Below are positions 20,666-30,608 of a stretch of 64,000 bases of DNA, one piece after another (the first letter of the stretch is position 1; each line of letters starts with the position of its first letter). The notes below the pieces were generated by a model, which had not been told where the DNA came from, made no database searches, and saw nothing but the letters and a program-made list of their open reading frames with translations. The stretch is from Thermodesulfobacteriota bacterium (GTDB lineage: Bacteria; Desulfobacterota_D; UBA1144; Nemesobacterales; Nemesobacteraceae): NCBI GenBank assembly GCA_965204795.1, contig OZ242012.1:1683639-1747638 (forward strand), in the 5' to 3' direction. A program made the position numbers and the translations under genes.

Positions 20666-21784
20666 TCATTTCCTGTTCTTGCACGGAACCACGAAGGGCT
20701 CCGACCTTATCCTGCCCCGAAGTTCGCTCGGAGGAACGGGAAGCGGAGAGGAGGAGTTGACGGCCTTTATGCAGTAGGAGTCGAAAATGTCGTTTCCCGA
20801 GCTTTCGCTTATTTCGACGTCGTAGACCTCCCCGCTCTGCTTCATGCGGAAACTCACAAGGGCGGTCATGAAGCCTCTGGGCTCGACGTTTATGGGAAGA
20901 ATCAGGTTTTCCTCTATGCGCCCGGATATGGCCTTGTAGTAGACGTCGAGCACCAGGGAAATCACCCTGGGAGAAGTCTCCGCGGGAGCCCTTTTCGCCA
21001 CCGCGCCCTCGGGATTTTTCCGTACGCTCTCAATGGCGGGCTCGGAATCCGCCTCGCCCTCAGGCTCCTTTTTCCGCGGGACCGTGGACTCGGGCTCGTC
21101 TTGCGAAACGGGGGTCCGCTCCGCGCGCAACTCTTCGGGTTCCCCCGGCGCGGTCTTCGCGGCGGGAGATTCTTTCAGTCTCCTTATCACCGACTCTTTC
21201 CTCATGTCCCTTATCACTTCCTTTTTCCCGTCGGCGGCCGCGGGAATCTCTTTTTCCTTCGGGGGTTCGGGTTTTTCAGGCGCGACCGCCGTTTCCTTCT
21301 TCTCGGGAGGCTCGGGGACGGCTTTTTTCTCCGGAGGTTTTTCCGCCGGGGCGGGTTTTTTCACGATTTTCCGTTCTTTTTTCGGCGCGGTTTTCTTTAC
21401 CGCGGGAGGTTTTTCCGCAACCTTCGGTTTCTTTTCGGGCGGGGCGGGCACGGGCTTTTTCTTCTCCTGCGCCTTCGCCTTTACGGGAGGCTTCGCGGGC
21501 GCCTTTTTCTTCTCGGGCGGTCGGGCGCGCTTCTTTTTTTCGGCCCGGGACCGCTTTTCGTCGGTCCTCGGTTCGTAGGTCTGAAGCGACACTTCGATCG
21601 ACCGCTCCATGCGGACCGTCCCGGACTTTCCCACTCCCAGGGCGAACACGAAAAGCACCGCCAGCAGATGAAGGATCAGGGAAACAAGAACTCCGTTGCG
21701 AAAATGATTCTTTTCTCCCTCCATTCTATCGGTCGGTATCCATCCTAACTTTTTCGCGTCCATAGTAACAGGACGCGTTTTCAT
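20666..21784 (-). CDS. tonB: TonB/TolA-like energy transducer (TM anchor, Pro/Lys/Glu-rich spacer, TonB_C domain)
   Basis: LVSLILHLLAVLFVFALGVG, then (EKKPxxPP)n repeats, then a C-terminal YPxxA-like fold (ISGRIEENLILPINV ... VSFRMKQSGEVYDVEI). Confidence 0.7.
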   Translation of the reverse strand: MKTRPVTMDAKKLGWIPTDRMEGEKNHFRNGVLVSLILHLLAVLFVFALGVGKSGTVRMERSIEVSLQTYEPRTDEKRSRAEKKKRARPPEKKKAPAKPPVKAKAQEKKKPVPAPPEKKPKVAEKPPAVKKTAPKKERKIVKKPAPAEKPPEKKAVPEPPEKKETAVAPEKPEPPKEKEIPAAADGKKEVIRDMRKESVIRRLKESPAAKTAPGEPEELRAERTPVSQDEPESTVPRKKEPEGEADSEPAIESVRKNPEGAVAKRAPAETSPRVISLVLDVYYKAISGRIEENLILPINVEPRGFMTALVSFRMKQSGEVYDVEISESSGNDIFDSYCIKAVNSSSPLPVPPSELRGRIRSEPFVVPCKNRK

Positions 21785-21797
21785 GTCTCCCGTCTCT

Positions 21798-22383
21798 CTA
21801 CCAGCCGAAGGCCATTCCGACCCCGACCACGTAGTCGCTTCCGTTTATGCCGTAAGAGCTCACGTTCACGGGTGCGTTCTCGAACCTCTCTTCCGTGTGA
21901 TACTGTCCCGGAGCCGACGTATTGTTAAGACTTCTGGCCGCGCTCGCGTGAAACTGGAATTTCATGTTTGAGCCTCCCCCCCCCCATTTCGATTATCACG
22001 GCCGCCGCCTGCGCCCCGGTTCCGCCCGGGTCAATGTCGCTCAACACCCTGCCCTGTATCGCCAGGGCGTCGGAAACCCTGAAACGCGTTCCCGCCAGCC
22101 CGAAATACGAAGTGGAATGGGAAGCCCACTCGTGGAAGCCGTTGGTCTTGTTCACCGTGAACGCGAACGACCCGCCGCCGTTCGTGAACGGAAGCTCCGC
22201 CAGCGCGGCGTAAGCCGTTGCCGTCGCCTTGTCGTCGGCCGATGCCTTTATTCCGTTTTCGCCGATTGAGCTCTGCGCCCGGGCGTTTCCGGCGGAGAGA
22301 ACAAGAAGCGTCGCGGCCAGGATAAAGACCCAGGCCGGGAGCGTTCCCCCCGGGGCGTATTCAATCGTGTTTCCGTCAGTCAT
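21798..22383 (-). pseudogene. small outer-membrane beta-barrel protein gene, split by a frameshift in a C10 tract (21976-21985; G10 on the coding strand)
   Basis: ORF 22383..21925 has a signal peptide (LPAWVFILAATLLVLSAGNARAQ) and amphipathic beta-strands. A 55-aa ORF (21965..21798, +1 frame) ends ...YVVGVGMAFGW*, the classic OMP C-terminal aromatic signature. Removing one G joins them as ...VIIEMGGGGSNMKFQFHASAARSL... Confidence 0.6.
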
Positions 22384-22586
22384 ATCGCGCCTCCTTTCGG
22401 ATACTCGTTTTTTTAGCGCCGCCGGTTCGTCTTCGGGCCATGGGGAAATACCGCGCTCACGGGCGTTTGGTTCCTCCCGTTATCCGAATACCCGGTTACC
22501 GGCCGGTCCCGCCCCGTCGGCGTTGACCGCTCTTGTTCCGACCCCGGGACCGGGAACCGTTGAGAGCCGTAGCCCCCGCGCCGCTT

Positions 22587-23045
22587 TCACATGTCCGCTT
22601 TCGCGTCCCCTGCTCCGTCCTTTATCTCCGTCACCAGGTGGAGCTTTTCAACCCCTGTCTTCCTGATCTCGTCCATCACCCTCACCACGAAGCCGTACCT
22701 GACCGACCGGTCGGCCCTGAGAAACACCTTCTCCGAGCGGGGGTCCGTTCCCGCGGCCTCCATGGATTTCGCAAGTGCGCCCGCGATCTGCGACAGGGGG
22801 TACTTCCTGTCCTCGAGATATATGTCCCGCGACCCCGAAAGCGTAACGGTCATTCCCCTGTGGCTTTTCACGGGGGTCGGGGAAAAAGCCGTTTCCGGAA
22901 GGTTCACGTTGACCCCCTGGTAGAGTATCGGGGCGGTGATCATGAAGATCACGAGCAGGACTAGCATCACGTCCACAAAGGGCGTGACGTTTATCTCCGA
23001 GAGAACCGATCTGCTCCCGCCGGAACTGAAGTTTCCCGTCGCCAT
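22587..23045 (-). CDS. exbD: biopolymer transporter ExbD/TolR
   Basis: INVTPFVDVMLVLLVIFMITAP ... LRADRSVRYGFVVRVMD. Confidence 0.85.
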   Translation of the reverse strand: MATGNFSSGGSRSVLSEINVTPFVDVMLVLLVIFMITAPILYQGVNVNLPETAFSPTPVKSHRGMTVTLSGSRDIYLEDRKYPLSQIAGALAKSMEAAGTDPRSEKVFLRADRSVRYGFVVRVMDEIRKTGVEKLHLVTEIKDGAGDAKADM

Positions 23046-23052
23046 GACTCCC

Positions 23053-23760
23053 TTACCTGTTCAGGTATCTTTCGGCGGTGTTGAGGAATCCGCCGCAGAA
23101 ATTCTCCATCTCCACTTCCAGGGCTTTGACGCGGTTGACGAAGTAGTTGTACGCTATGGTCGCGGGTATGGCGGCCGCAAGGCCTATCGCGGTGGCGATG
23201 AGCGCCTCGGCGATTCCCGGGGCGACGACTTCGAGGGAAGGAACTCCCTTGCTTCCCGCAAGCCCGATAAAGGAGTTCATGATGCCCCAGACCGTTCCGA
23301 AAAGCCCTATGAAAGGGGCCGAACTGCCGGTGGTGGCCAGAAAGACCAGCGACTTCTCGAGCCTGGAAGACTCGACCGCCATCGTTCTCTTAAGCGCCCG
23401 CTCCACGAGATCCACGGCCTCGGAGCCGGAAGACGTACCCGCGCGTCCCGGTTCGGCCGCGCTTTTTCGCTTCTCCGTCTTCACCACTTCCATGTAGCCC
23501 GCCCTGAAAAGCCCGGCCGTCGGGCCTCCTATTTCCTCCGAGAAGGAAAAAAGCGCCCCCATGTCCTCGTTGGAGTGATAGAGGTCGAGAAACATGGCGG
23601 ATTTTTTCGACGAGCTTCTTATGAGACGGAACTTCGAGTAGATGATCGCCCACGAGAAAACGGACATCAGGACCAGCACCACGAGCACCGCCGACACGAC
23701 GGGACCCGCGCCGGACAGAAGGAAAAGCACGTTTTCGGGACTGTTGGCCAGAGAATCCAT
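23053..23760 (-). CDS. exbB: MotA/TolQ/ExbB proton-channel protein
   Basis: Three TM helices; LATTGSSAPFIGLFGTVWGIM and LIATAIGLAAAIPATIAYN. Confidence 0.85.
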   Translation of the reverse strand: MDSLANSPENVLFLLSGAGPVVSAVLVVLVLMSVFSWAIIYSKFRLIRSSSKKSAMFLDLYHSNEDMGALFSFSEEIGGPTAGLFRAGYMEVVKTEKRKSAAEPGRAGTSSGSEAVDLVERALKRTMAVESSRLEKSLVFLATTGSSAPFIGLFGTVWGIMNSFIGLAGSKGVPSLEVVAPGIAEALIATAIGLAAAIPATIAYNYFVNRVKALEVEMENFCGGFLNTAERYLNR

Positions 23761-23955
23761 GACTGGTTCGCGCCGGGGACGCGCAACGAAAGACTCGAGG
23801 GCGCCCCCGGCGGTTTCGGAGCGTTATTATAACTATTCCGCGAAATTAAGCACCAGATTCGCGAAATTACGCACGGGCGGCGTTTCCGAGTAGAATTACG
23901 GCAGAAGCGGCGGCCCGCGCCCGGGCGAAACGTTCCGCTTCGGGGAGGAAACAAC

Positions 23956-24405
23956 ATGCCGGAAAGACGCTGCCTCGGAATCGCCCTGCTGGCGGTTCTT
24001 TTCCTCGCGGCCGCCCAGATCTCGCACGCGGCCGGAAGCGGATACGCGCCCGTGATAGAAGAAAGCTTCTACACCGTATCGCCCGAGAACAGGGAAGAGT
24101 TTCTGAGGGTATATAAAACCCGCCTGTATCCCTTCTGGGAGGAGATGAGAAAAAGGGGAATAACGACCGACAAGTACAGGATGTACTCTCAGAGAATACA
24201 TTCCGCAAAGCCCCTGTGGACGTACAAGACCGTGACGAAGTTCAAAAACTACGCGGCCATAGACAGGTGGCTCGAGCTAAAGGACGAGGTCTACAGGAAG
24301 ATGTTTCCGGGAGAGTCGGGATACGCCGAGCCGAGAAAGATCGTGGACTCCGTCTCCCACAACCACTGGGACGAGTTTCTGAGGGAGATACCGCTGGACA
24401 GGTAG
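23956..24405 (+). CDS. hypothetical secreted protein (149 aa, signal peptide)
   Basis: MPERRCLGIALLAVLFLAAAQISHAAG signal peptide. Codon usage matches the host. No recognizable domain. Confidence 0.5.
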   Translation: MPERRCLGIALLAVLFLAAAQISHAAGSGYAPVIEESFYTVSPENREEFLRVYKTRLYPFWEEMRKRGITTDKYRMYSQRIHSAKPLWTYKTVTKFKNYAAIDRWLELKDEVYRKMFPGESGYAEPRKIVDSVSHNHWDEFLREIPLDR

Positions 24406-24423
24406 CCGCGCGGCCGCGAGCGG

Positions 24424-25455
24424 TCAGAAAAGACCGGGCTGTCCCTCCCTCTGCGGAGCGGAGATTCCGAGGTGGCCGTAGGCAAGCCTCGTGGCCTTCC
24501 TTCCCCGGGGGGTCTTCTCTATCAGTCCCTCCCTTATGAGAAAGGGCTCGTAGACGTTCTCTATGGTGTCTTTGTCCTCGCTCACCGCCGCGGAAATCGT
24601 GTCCACGCCCACCGGGCCTCCTCCGAACTTCTGTATTATGGCCAGGAGTATCTCGCGGTCGAGAGTGTCGAGACCCCTCGAGTCGATCTCGAGCATCGAC
24701 AGGGCGTCTGCGACCACCGGCGCGGTTATCCGCCCGTCGGACTTCATCTCGGCGTAGTCCCTCACCCTCTTGAGAAGCCGGTTCACTATCCTCGGCGTTC
24801 CCCTGGCCCGCCCGCTCATCTCGCCCGCGCCCCGGTCGGTTATCTCGACCCCGAGGATTTCGGAGGACCTTTTCAGTATCGCGGAAAGCTCCTCCTCCGC
24901 GTAATAGTTGAGCCTCATCTCCACGCCGAACCTCGAGCGAAGCGGGGAAGTCAGAAGCCCCGTTCTGGTCGTCGCCCCTATGAGAGTGAACCTGTTTAGG
25001 TTTATCTTGACCGATCTGGCGGTGGGTCCCTCTCCTATCATGAGGTCGATGTCGAAGTCCTCCATGGCGGAGTACAGATACTCCTCCACGATCCTGTTCA
25101 CCCTGTGTATCTCGTCGATGAACAGCACGTCCTTTTCCCCGAGATTCGTGAGCATGGAGGCCAGGTCCCCGGTTCTCTCCAGAACCGGCCCGGAGGTCGA
25201 GTGGAGGTTCACCCCGAGCTCGTTGGCGAATATGTGCGCCAGCGTGGTCTTTCCGAGTCCGGGAGGACCGGAGAGAAGCACGTGGTCGAGCGATTCCTTC
25301 CTCGCCCTAGCGGCCCCTATGAACACGGCGGCCTGCTCCTTGACGCGCGACTGCCCGATGAAGTCGCGAAGAAACCGGGGACGCAGGTTGGTGTCGGCGA
25401 ACTCGTCGCCCGGGGAGTGGCGGGGCGAGACGTTTTCCCTTGCGTCGCTTCTCAT
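24424..25455 (-). CDS. ruvB: Holliday junction branch migration helicase RuvB
   Basis: [42 protein letters not shown]. Confidence 0.95.
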   Translation of the reverse strand: MRSDARENVSPRHSPGDEFADTNLRPRFLRDFIGQSRVKEQAAVFIGAARARKESLDHVLLSGPPGLGKTTLAHIFANELGVNLHSTSGPVLERTGDLASMLTNLGEKDVLFIDEIHRVNRIVEEYLYSAMEDFDIDLMIGEGPTARSVKINLNRFTLIGATTRTGLLTSPLRSRFGVEMRLNYYAEEELSAILKRSSEILGVEITDRGAGEMSGRARGTPRIVNRLLKRVRDYAEMKSDGRITAPVVADALSMLEIDSRGLDTLDREILLAIIQKFGGGPVGVDTISAAVSEDKDTIENVYEPFLIREGLIEKTPRGRKATRLAYGHLGISAPQREGQPGLF

Positions 25456-26046
25456 CTACTTCGTCCTGATCGACCTAAGCGAATCCCTTATCGCGTCTTC
25501 GAGGGACCCGGAGCTTTCCACTATCTTCCTTATTTCGGGGAGGCTTTTCTCAATCTCGGACCTCGAGTAGCCGAGGTTGACGAGGGCGGAGACCGTGTCG
25601 CCAAGCACCGAGCCTTCTTGCCGCGAAACGTCCATGTCTCCGGCCAGCTCCTCCACCTCGTCTCTGAGCTCGTTCACTATCTTGGCGGCGGTTTTCGCTC
25701 CCACTCCCCGGATCTTTCTCTCCGCCAGGTCCCCGTTCACTATGGAGCCGACGAGGTCCGCGACCGAGACGTTCGAGAGCACGTTCACTGCCGCCCGCGG
25801 CCCTATGCCCGAGACCCCCACGAGCTTTTCGAACATGAACTTCTCGGCGTCGGTCAGAAAGCCGAAAAGCTCGATGGAGTTTTCCCGCACGCTCGTGTGC
25901 ACGCGGAGTTCGACCCGGCTTCCCACCGCCCCTAGACCGTAGTAGGTGGAAAGCGGGACGGTGACCCCGTAGCCCACGCCTCCGACGTCGACCACCACGC
26001 TTCCGATCTCCTTGCCGGCTATCTCGCCCCTAAGCAGATATATCAT
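25456..26046 (-). CDS. ruvA: Holliday junction DNA helicase RuvA
   Basis: MIYLLRGEI...VVVDVGGVGY, the HhH pair (VGVSGIGPRAA, IRGVGAKTAAKI), and the C-terminal RuvB-interaction domain. Confidence 0.9.
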   Translation of the reverse strand: MIYLLRGEIAGKEIGSVVVDVGGVGYGVTVPLSTYYGLGAVGSRVELRVHTSVRENSIELFGFLTDAEKFMFEKLVGVSGIGPRAAVNVLSNVSVADLVGSIVNGDLAERKIRGVGAKTAAKIVNELRDEVEELAGDMDVSRQEGSVLGDTVSALVNLGYSRSEIEKSLPEIRKIVESSGSLEDAIRDSLRSIRTK

Positions 26047-26596
26047 TCGCCGTGAATCTTTTCTTCCTGCGCCGGCTTCCGGTTCTGGGAACCGCGCTTC
26101 GGGAAAGTCCGTACCGCGAGAGGTTCACGTGGCATATGGCGATGGCCAGCGCGTCGGATTCGTCCGCGGTGGCGAACCCCTCGACCCCCAGCATGTAGCC
26201 CAGCATCTTCTGTATCTCGTCCTTGCCAGCCCTTCCCTTTCCCGTGAGGGCGAGCTTGACCCTGGTGGGAGCGTACTCGCTCACGGGAACGCCCCTTCGC
26301 GCGGCCGCGAGAATCGCCACCCCTCTCGACTGGCCGAGCCTTATGGCGCTTTTCGCGTTTTTGGCGAAAAACATCTCCTCTATGGAGACCGCCGCGGGGC
26401 CGTAGCCGTCGATCGCCCCCAGAACTCCCGCGTATATGTCGTTCAGTCTTTCGGCTACGGAGCCCGCGGAGGAAGGAACTATGGTTCCGCTGGCCACGTA
26501 CCTGATTCCGTTTCCGGCGCTTTCAACTATTCCGTAACCGCAGGACCTGGAACCCGGGTCGATTCCCATGACCCTCGTGTCTGAATGGTTATCCAA
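26030..26596 (-). CDS. ruvC: crossover junction endodeoxyribonuclease RuvC
   Basis: [16 protein letters not shown] ... [11 protein letters not shown]. The start is probably the internal ATG near 26569 (VMGIDPG). Confidence 0.9.
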   Translation of the reverse strand: MDNHSDTRVMGIDPGSRSCGYGIVESAGNGIRYVASGTIVPSSAGSVAERLNDIYAGVLGAIDGYGPAAVSIEEMFFAKNAKSAIRLGQSRGVAILAAARRGVPVSEYAPTRVKLALTGKGRAGKDEIQKMLGYMLGVEGFATADESDALAIAICHVNLSRYGLSRSAVPRTGSRRRKKRFTANDISA

Positions 26597-27335
26597 TTGC
26601 TTCCAGCAGCTGCTCGTCTATGTCGAAATTGGCGTACACGTTCTGAACGTCGTCGCTGTCTTCGAGATCCTCCATGAGCCTTATCATGTGCTCGGCGTCG
26701 CGCCCCTCGACCCTCACGCTGCTCTGAGGTATCATCGTGACTTCGGCGGACTCGTATTGGAGCCCCGCGTCGGAGACCGCCTTTTTCACGGACTCGAAGC
26801 TGTCGGTCGGGGTTATCACCACAAGCTCGCTGTCCTCGGCGCGCACGTCGTCCGCCCCCGCGTCTATCACCGCGTCGAACAGCTTCTCCTCGTCCACCGA
26901 GTCCCCGCCGAAGGCTATCCTTCCCTTGAGATCGAACATCCACGCCACGCAGCCGTTTTCCCCGAGCGCTCCGCCGTGGCGGGAGAATATCCTTCTCACC
27001 TCCGAAACCGTCCTGTTTTTGTTGTCGGTGAAAGTCTTGACGTACACCGCGCTTCCGCCGGGACCGTAGCCCTCGTAGAACACCTCGCTGTAGACCACTC
27101 CCTCGATGTCTCCGGTGCCCCGCTTCACGGCCCTGTCGATGGTGTCGTTGGGCATGTTGGCGCCCTTGGCCGCGGCTATGGCCGTGCGGAGCCTGGGATT
27201 CGACTCGGGGTCGCCTCCCCCTTCCCTGGCGGCCACGGTGAGCTCCCTTATGATCTTGGTGAATATCTTGCCGCGCTTGGCGTCGACCGCCGCCTTTCTG
27301 TGTTTTATGTTAGCCCATTTAGAATGACCGGCCAT
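26589..27335 (-). CDS. yebC: YebC/PmpR family transcriptional regulator
   Basis: [43 protein letters not shown]. Confidence 0.9.
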   Translation of the reverse strand: MAGHSKWANIKHRKAAVDAKRGKIFTKIIRELTVAAREGGGDPESNPRLRTAIAAAKGANMPNDTIDRAVKRGTGDIEGVVYSEVFYEGYGPGGSAVYVKTFTDNKNRTVSEVRRIFSRHGGALGENGCVAWMFDLKGRIAFGGDSVDEEKLFDAVIDAGADDVRAEDSELVVITPTDSFESVKKAVSDAGLQYESAEVTMIPQSSVRVEGRDAEHMIRLMEDLEDSDDVQNVYANFDIDEQLLEAIG

Positions 27336-27397
27336 TTCGAATCACCCCTTTCTCCTTGCTACGGAAATTATAACCAAAAAATAGTTCAAATTACATA

Positions 27398-27426
27398 TTG
27401 ACAAACGCCGCGGGCGGCAATAGTAT
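27398..27426 (+). promoter_or_regulatory. sigma70-like promoter upstream of rho (TTGACA-17nt-TAGTAT), with a roughly 140-nt leader
   Basis: TTGACA at 27398-27403, a 17-nt spacer, then TAGTAT at 27421-27426. A long 5' UTR is typical of autoregulated rho. Confidence 0.35.
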
Positions 27427-27567
27427 TATGTTCAGCAAACAGTACATTGGTTTTTTTCTGCTGAATTCTTACACGCGCGCGACGGTCGCGCTCCTGACAC
27501 TTCAAGATTTCGATTAAGTCTTTCTGAATCGGCGAAGATTCAATCATGCGCCAAGGAGTTCCGCCAC

Positions 27568-28893
27568 ATGGGAAAAGCTTCCAAAGCTGAGGCCGAGACG
27601 GCCTACCAGAAAAAGGAGGAGAGAAAGAACGGAAGCGGTCCGCTTCTCCACCTAAACGACCTCCGGTCGAAAAAGCCGGCGGAGCTCGTCAAGCTCCTGC
27701 GGCTCGCCGGAATCGAGGACACCCCGAGGATGGCCAAGCAGGATCTCATCCACTCTCTGCTGAAGACCCAGAGCGAAAAGCACGGCTCCATAATAGCCGA
27801 AGGGGTGCTCGAGATACTGGCCGAGGGCTACGGGTTCCTGCGCTCGCCCAAGTACAGCTATCTTCCCGGACCGGACGACATATACGTCTCCAAGTCCCAG
27901 ATAAAGTCCTTCAGCCTGAAGACCGGGGACACGATAAAGGGCCAGGTGCGGCTTCCCAGGGAGGGAGAGAAGAATCTCGCCCTGCTCAAGATAGAGGAGG
28001 CCAACTACGGTTCCCCCGAGATATGCAGGGAGAGAACGCCGTTTGAGAACCTGGTTCCCCTGCATCCCGAGGAGAAGATCAACCTCGAGCACGAACACGA
28101 CGAGTTCTGCTCCAGGGTGATGGACTTTTTCGTTCCGGTGGGCAAGGGACAGAGGGCGGTGATAGTGGCGCCGCCCCGCACGGGAAAGACCATAATCATC
28201 CAGAGAATAGCCAACGCCATAACGGAGAACCACCCGGAGGTGGTGCTGTTCGTCCTGCTCATAGACGAAAGGCCGGAAGAGGTGACGGACATGCAGAGGT
28301 CGGTGAACGGGGAAGTGGTGAGTTCCACTTTCGACGAGCCCGCCCAGAGACACATACAGGTGGCCGACATGGTGATAGAGAAGGCCAAGAGGTACGTGGA
28401 GCACGGAAAGGACGTCGTGATACTGCTCGACAGTCTCACCCGGCTCGCAAGAGCGAGCAACACCGTCACTCCCGCGAGCGGAAAGGTGCTCTCCGGAGGC
28501 ATAGAGGCGAACGCCCTGCAGAGGCCCAAGAGGTTTTTCGGCGCCGCCCGAAACACCGAGGAAGGCGGAAGCCTCACCATAATAGCCACGGCTCTCATAG
28601 ACACCGGAAGCCGCATGGACGAGGTGATATTCGAGGAGTTCAAGGGAACGGGCAACATGGAGGTCTACCTCGACAGGCGTCTTGCGGAAAGAAGGGTGTT
28701 TCCCGCGATAGACCTTCAGAAGTCGGGCACGAGAAAGGAAGAGCTTCTGATTCCGGAAGCCACGCTCAACCGCATATGGCTTCTTCGCAAGATACTAAAC
28801 CCCATGAACACGACCGAAGCCATGGAGTTTCTGCTGGACAAGCTTCGGGGAACCAAGAGCAACACCGAGTTTCTGAACCTGATGCACCAGTGA
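27568..28893 (+). CDS. rho: transcription termination factor Rho
   Basis: N-terminal insertion/OB fold; [15 protein letters not shown] Walker A; the Q and R loops; [11 protein letters not shown]. Confidence 0.95.
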   Translation: MGKASKAEAETAYQKKEERKNGSGPLLHLNDLRSKKPAELVKLLRLAGIEDTPRMAKQDLIHSLLKTQSEKHGSIIAEGVLEILAEGYGFLRSPKYSYLPGPDDIYVSKSQIKSFSLKTGDTIKGQVRLPREGEKNLALLKIEEANYGSPEICRERTPFENLVPLHPEEKINLEHEHDEFCSRVMDFFVPVGKGQRAVIVAPPRTGKTIIIQRIANAITENHPEVVLFVLLIDERPEEVTDMQRSVNGEVVSSTFDEPAQRHIQVADMVIEKAKRYVEHGKDVVILLDSLTRLARASNTVTPASGKVLSGGIEANALQRPKRFFGAARNTEEGGSLTIIATALIDTGSRMDEVIFEEFKGTGNMEVYLDRRLAERRVFPAIDLQKSGTRKEELLIPEATLNRIWLLRKILNPMNTTEAMEFLLDKLRGTKSNTEFLNLMHQ

Positions 28894-28932
28894 GCCGGCG
28901 GCACGGACCGCAATCCCCGTCCCCCTCGGTAC

Positions 28933-29247
28933 TCAGTCTTCAAGACCGACGAGTATGTCGTCCCCCAGCACTTTCACCGGATAGGTTTCCAGGGCTTCGG
29001 TGGCCGGAAGGCAGAGCGCCTCTCCGGTTCTCACGTCGAACTCCGCCCCGTGGTAGCGGCAGGTGACGCGCCCGCCTTCCAGGTCGCCGTCCGAAAGCGT
29101 GAACGACTGGTGGGTGCACTCGTCGCGAAAAGCGCAGAACTCGCCCTCCACCCTGCACACGGCGACCGCCTCGGTTCCGACGAAAAAGGACTTCATCTCT
29201 CCTTCGGCGACTTCCGAAACCCGGGCCACCCTGTGAAACTCCGCCAC
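28933..29247 (-). CDS. Rieske (2Fe-2S) domain ferredoxin-like protein
   Basis: CAFRDECTHQSF ... CRYHGAEF is the CxH...CxxH Rieske ligand pair. GTG start at 29247 after GGGGA; the track ORF extends further upstream, overlapping sufD. Confidence 0.7.
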   Translation of the reverse strand: MAEFHRVARVSEVAEGEMKSFFVGTEAVAVCRVEGEFCAFRDECTHQSFTLSDGDLEGGRVTCRYHGAEFDVRTGEALCLPATEALETYPVKVLGDDILVGLED

Positions 29248-29251
29248 GGTC

Positions 29252-30583
29252 CTATCCCCCGAGTCTTTTTTCGAACCACCCGGAAACCGCGCTTTCCATC
29301 GATTCCCGCACGGGGCCCACGGACATGTGCTCAAGCGTCTGGTTCGTGAAGGCGCGCAGCAGGACCATCCTGGCGTTTCTCTCGGAAACTCCCCTCGAGC
29401 GCAGGTAGAAAAGCGCTTCCTCGTCCATCTGCCCTATGGTGGCCCCGTGGGTGCACTTGACGTCGTCGTTGTATATCTCGAGCTGGGGCTTGGTGTCTAT
29501 CTGGGCCGAGTCGGAGAGCAGAAGGTTCCTGTTGGTCTGCTTGGCGTCGGTTTTCTCGGCGCCCTCGTGAACTATTATCCTTCCGTGAAACACTCCCCTC
29601 GAGCGCCCGTCCAGAACCCCGTTGTAGAACTGGCGGCTGTCGCAGTGCGGGCTCGCGTGCTCGACGCGCATGAAGTTGTCCATGTGCTGGCGCCCTTCGG
29701 AGACGAAAAGACCGTAGATGTCGCAGTTAGACCCCTCTCCCGCCAGCACGGGATGGACGTTGTTTCTGACTATCGCCCCTCCGCAGAGAACGGAGTGGGA
29801 GGCGACGTTGCTGTCGCGCTTCTGGTCCATTCTGAGGGTGAGGAAATTAAACGCCTTTTTGCTCGCGAACTCGAGCCTGTAGTGCTCGACGTTTGAGTTC
29901 TCGGCGCAGACGACCTCCGTCACGGCGTTTGAGAAGTAGACGTCGTCGGAGAGGGAGACGTAATGCTCGACGACGCTCGCGCTAGCGCTTTTTCCCGCCA
30001 CCACCAGGTTCCTCGGGTTGAGGAAAAGGGAACCCGCGTCCCCCGTCGTTACGTGAAGAACGTGCACCGGCCTCTCCGGAGCGGCTCCGTCCGGAACGTG
30101 GACAAACGCCCCGTCCTGGAAATACGAGGTGTTGAGCGAGATGAAAGGGTCTTTTTCGTAGTCGGCGTAACCGGCCAGGTGCGGCCTCACCAGGTCGCCG
30201 TTCTGCTCGAGGGCGTCCGAAAGACTCTTCACCACGGTTCCGCCTCTTTCCTCGAAAGAGGAAAGCGGCCGGCAGAATCGGCCGTTTACGAACACGAGTC
30301 TCGTGCACTCAAGACCCGCAAAGCCGAAGGAATCGGCGGTCTCGGCGCGAAGTTCGGGCGCGTCGGCGGGCGGAACGGTGAAGGAGAGCTTCGAGAGAGC
30401 CGAGAGGTTCGTGAACCTCCACTCCTCGTCGGAGACCGCGGGAAACCCGAGACTCGAAAACCCCGATATCCCCTCGCGTCTGAGGTCCGCGACCCAGCAG
30501 GAAGAGTCCCTGCCGCGGGTTTCCAGAAACCCGGCAAGCCCGTCCACGTAGCTTTTTTCGGTGCCGTCGAAAACTATCGCCAT
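29252..30583 (-). CDS. sufD: Fe-S cluster assembly protein SufD
   Basis: SufBD beta-helix domain; positioned after sufC. Confidence 0.85.
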   Translation of the reverse strand: MAIVFDGTEKSYVDGLAGFLETRGRDSSCWVADLRREGISGFSSLGFPAVSDEEWRFTNLSALSKLSFTVPPADAPELRAETADSFGFAGLECTRLVFVNGRFCRPLSSFEERGGTVVKSLSDALEQNGDLVRPHLAGYADYEKDPFISLNTSYFQDGAFVHVPDGAAPERPVHVLHVTTGDAGSLFLNPRNLVVAGKSASASVVEHYVSLSDDVYFSNAVTEVVCAENSNVEHYRLEFASKKAFNFLTLRMDQKRDSNVASHSVLCGGAIVRNNVHPVLAGEGSNCDIYGLFVSEGRQHMDNFMRVEHASPHCDSRQFYNGVLDGRSRGVFHGRIIVHEGAEKTDAKQTNRNLLLSDSAQIDTKPQLEIYNDDVKCTHGATIGQMDEEALFYLRSRGVSERNARMVLLRAFTNQTLEHMSVGPVRESMESAVSGWFEKRLGG

Positions 30584-30608
30584 GTCCGCCGCTCCCTTTC
30601 CTTCCGCA

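Noticed and set aside
20510-21748. 412-aa + ORF antisense to tonB
   Set aside because: Gly/Arg/Phe/Leu low-complexity product. It mirrors the Pro/Lys/Glu repeats of the real TonB-like gene.
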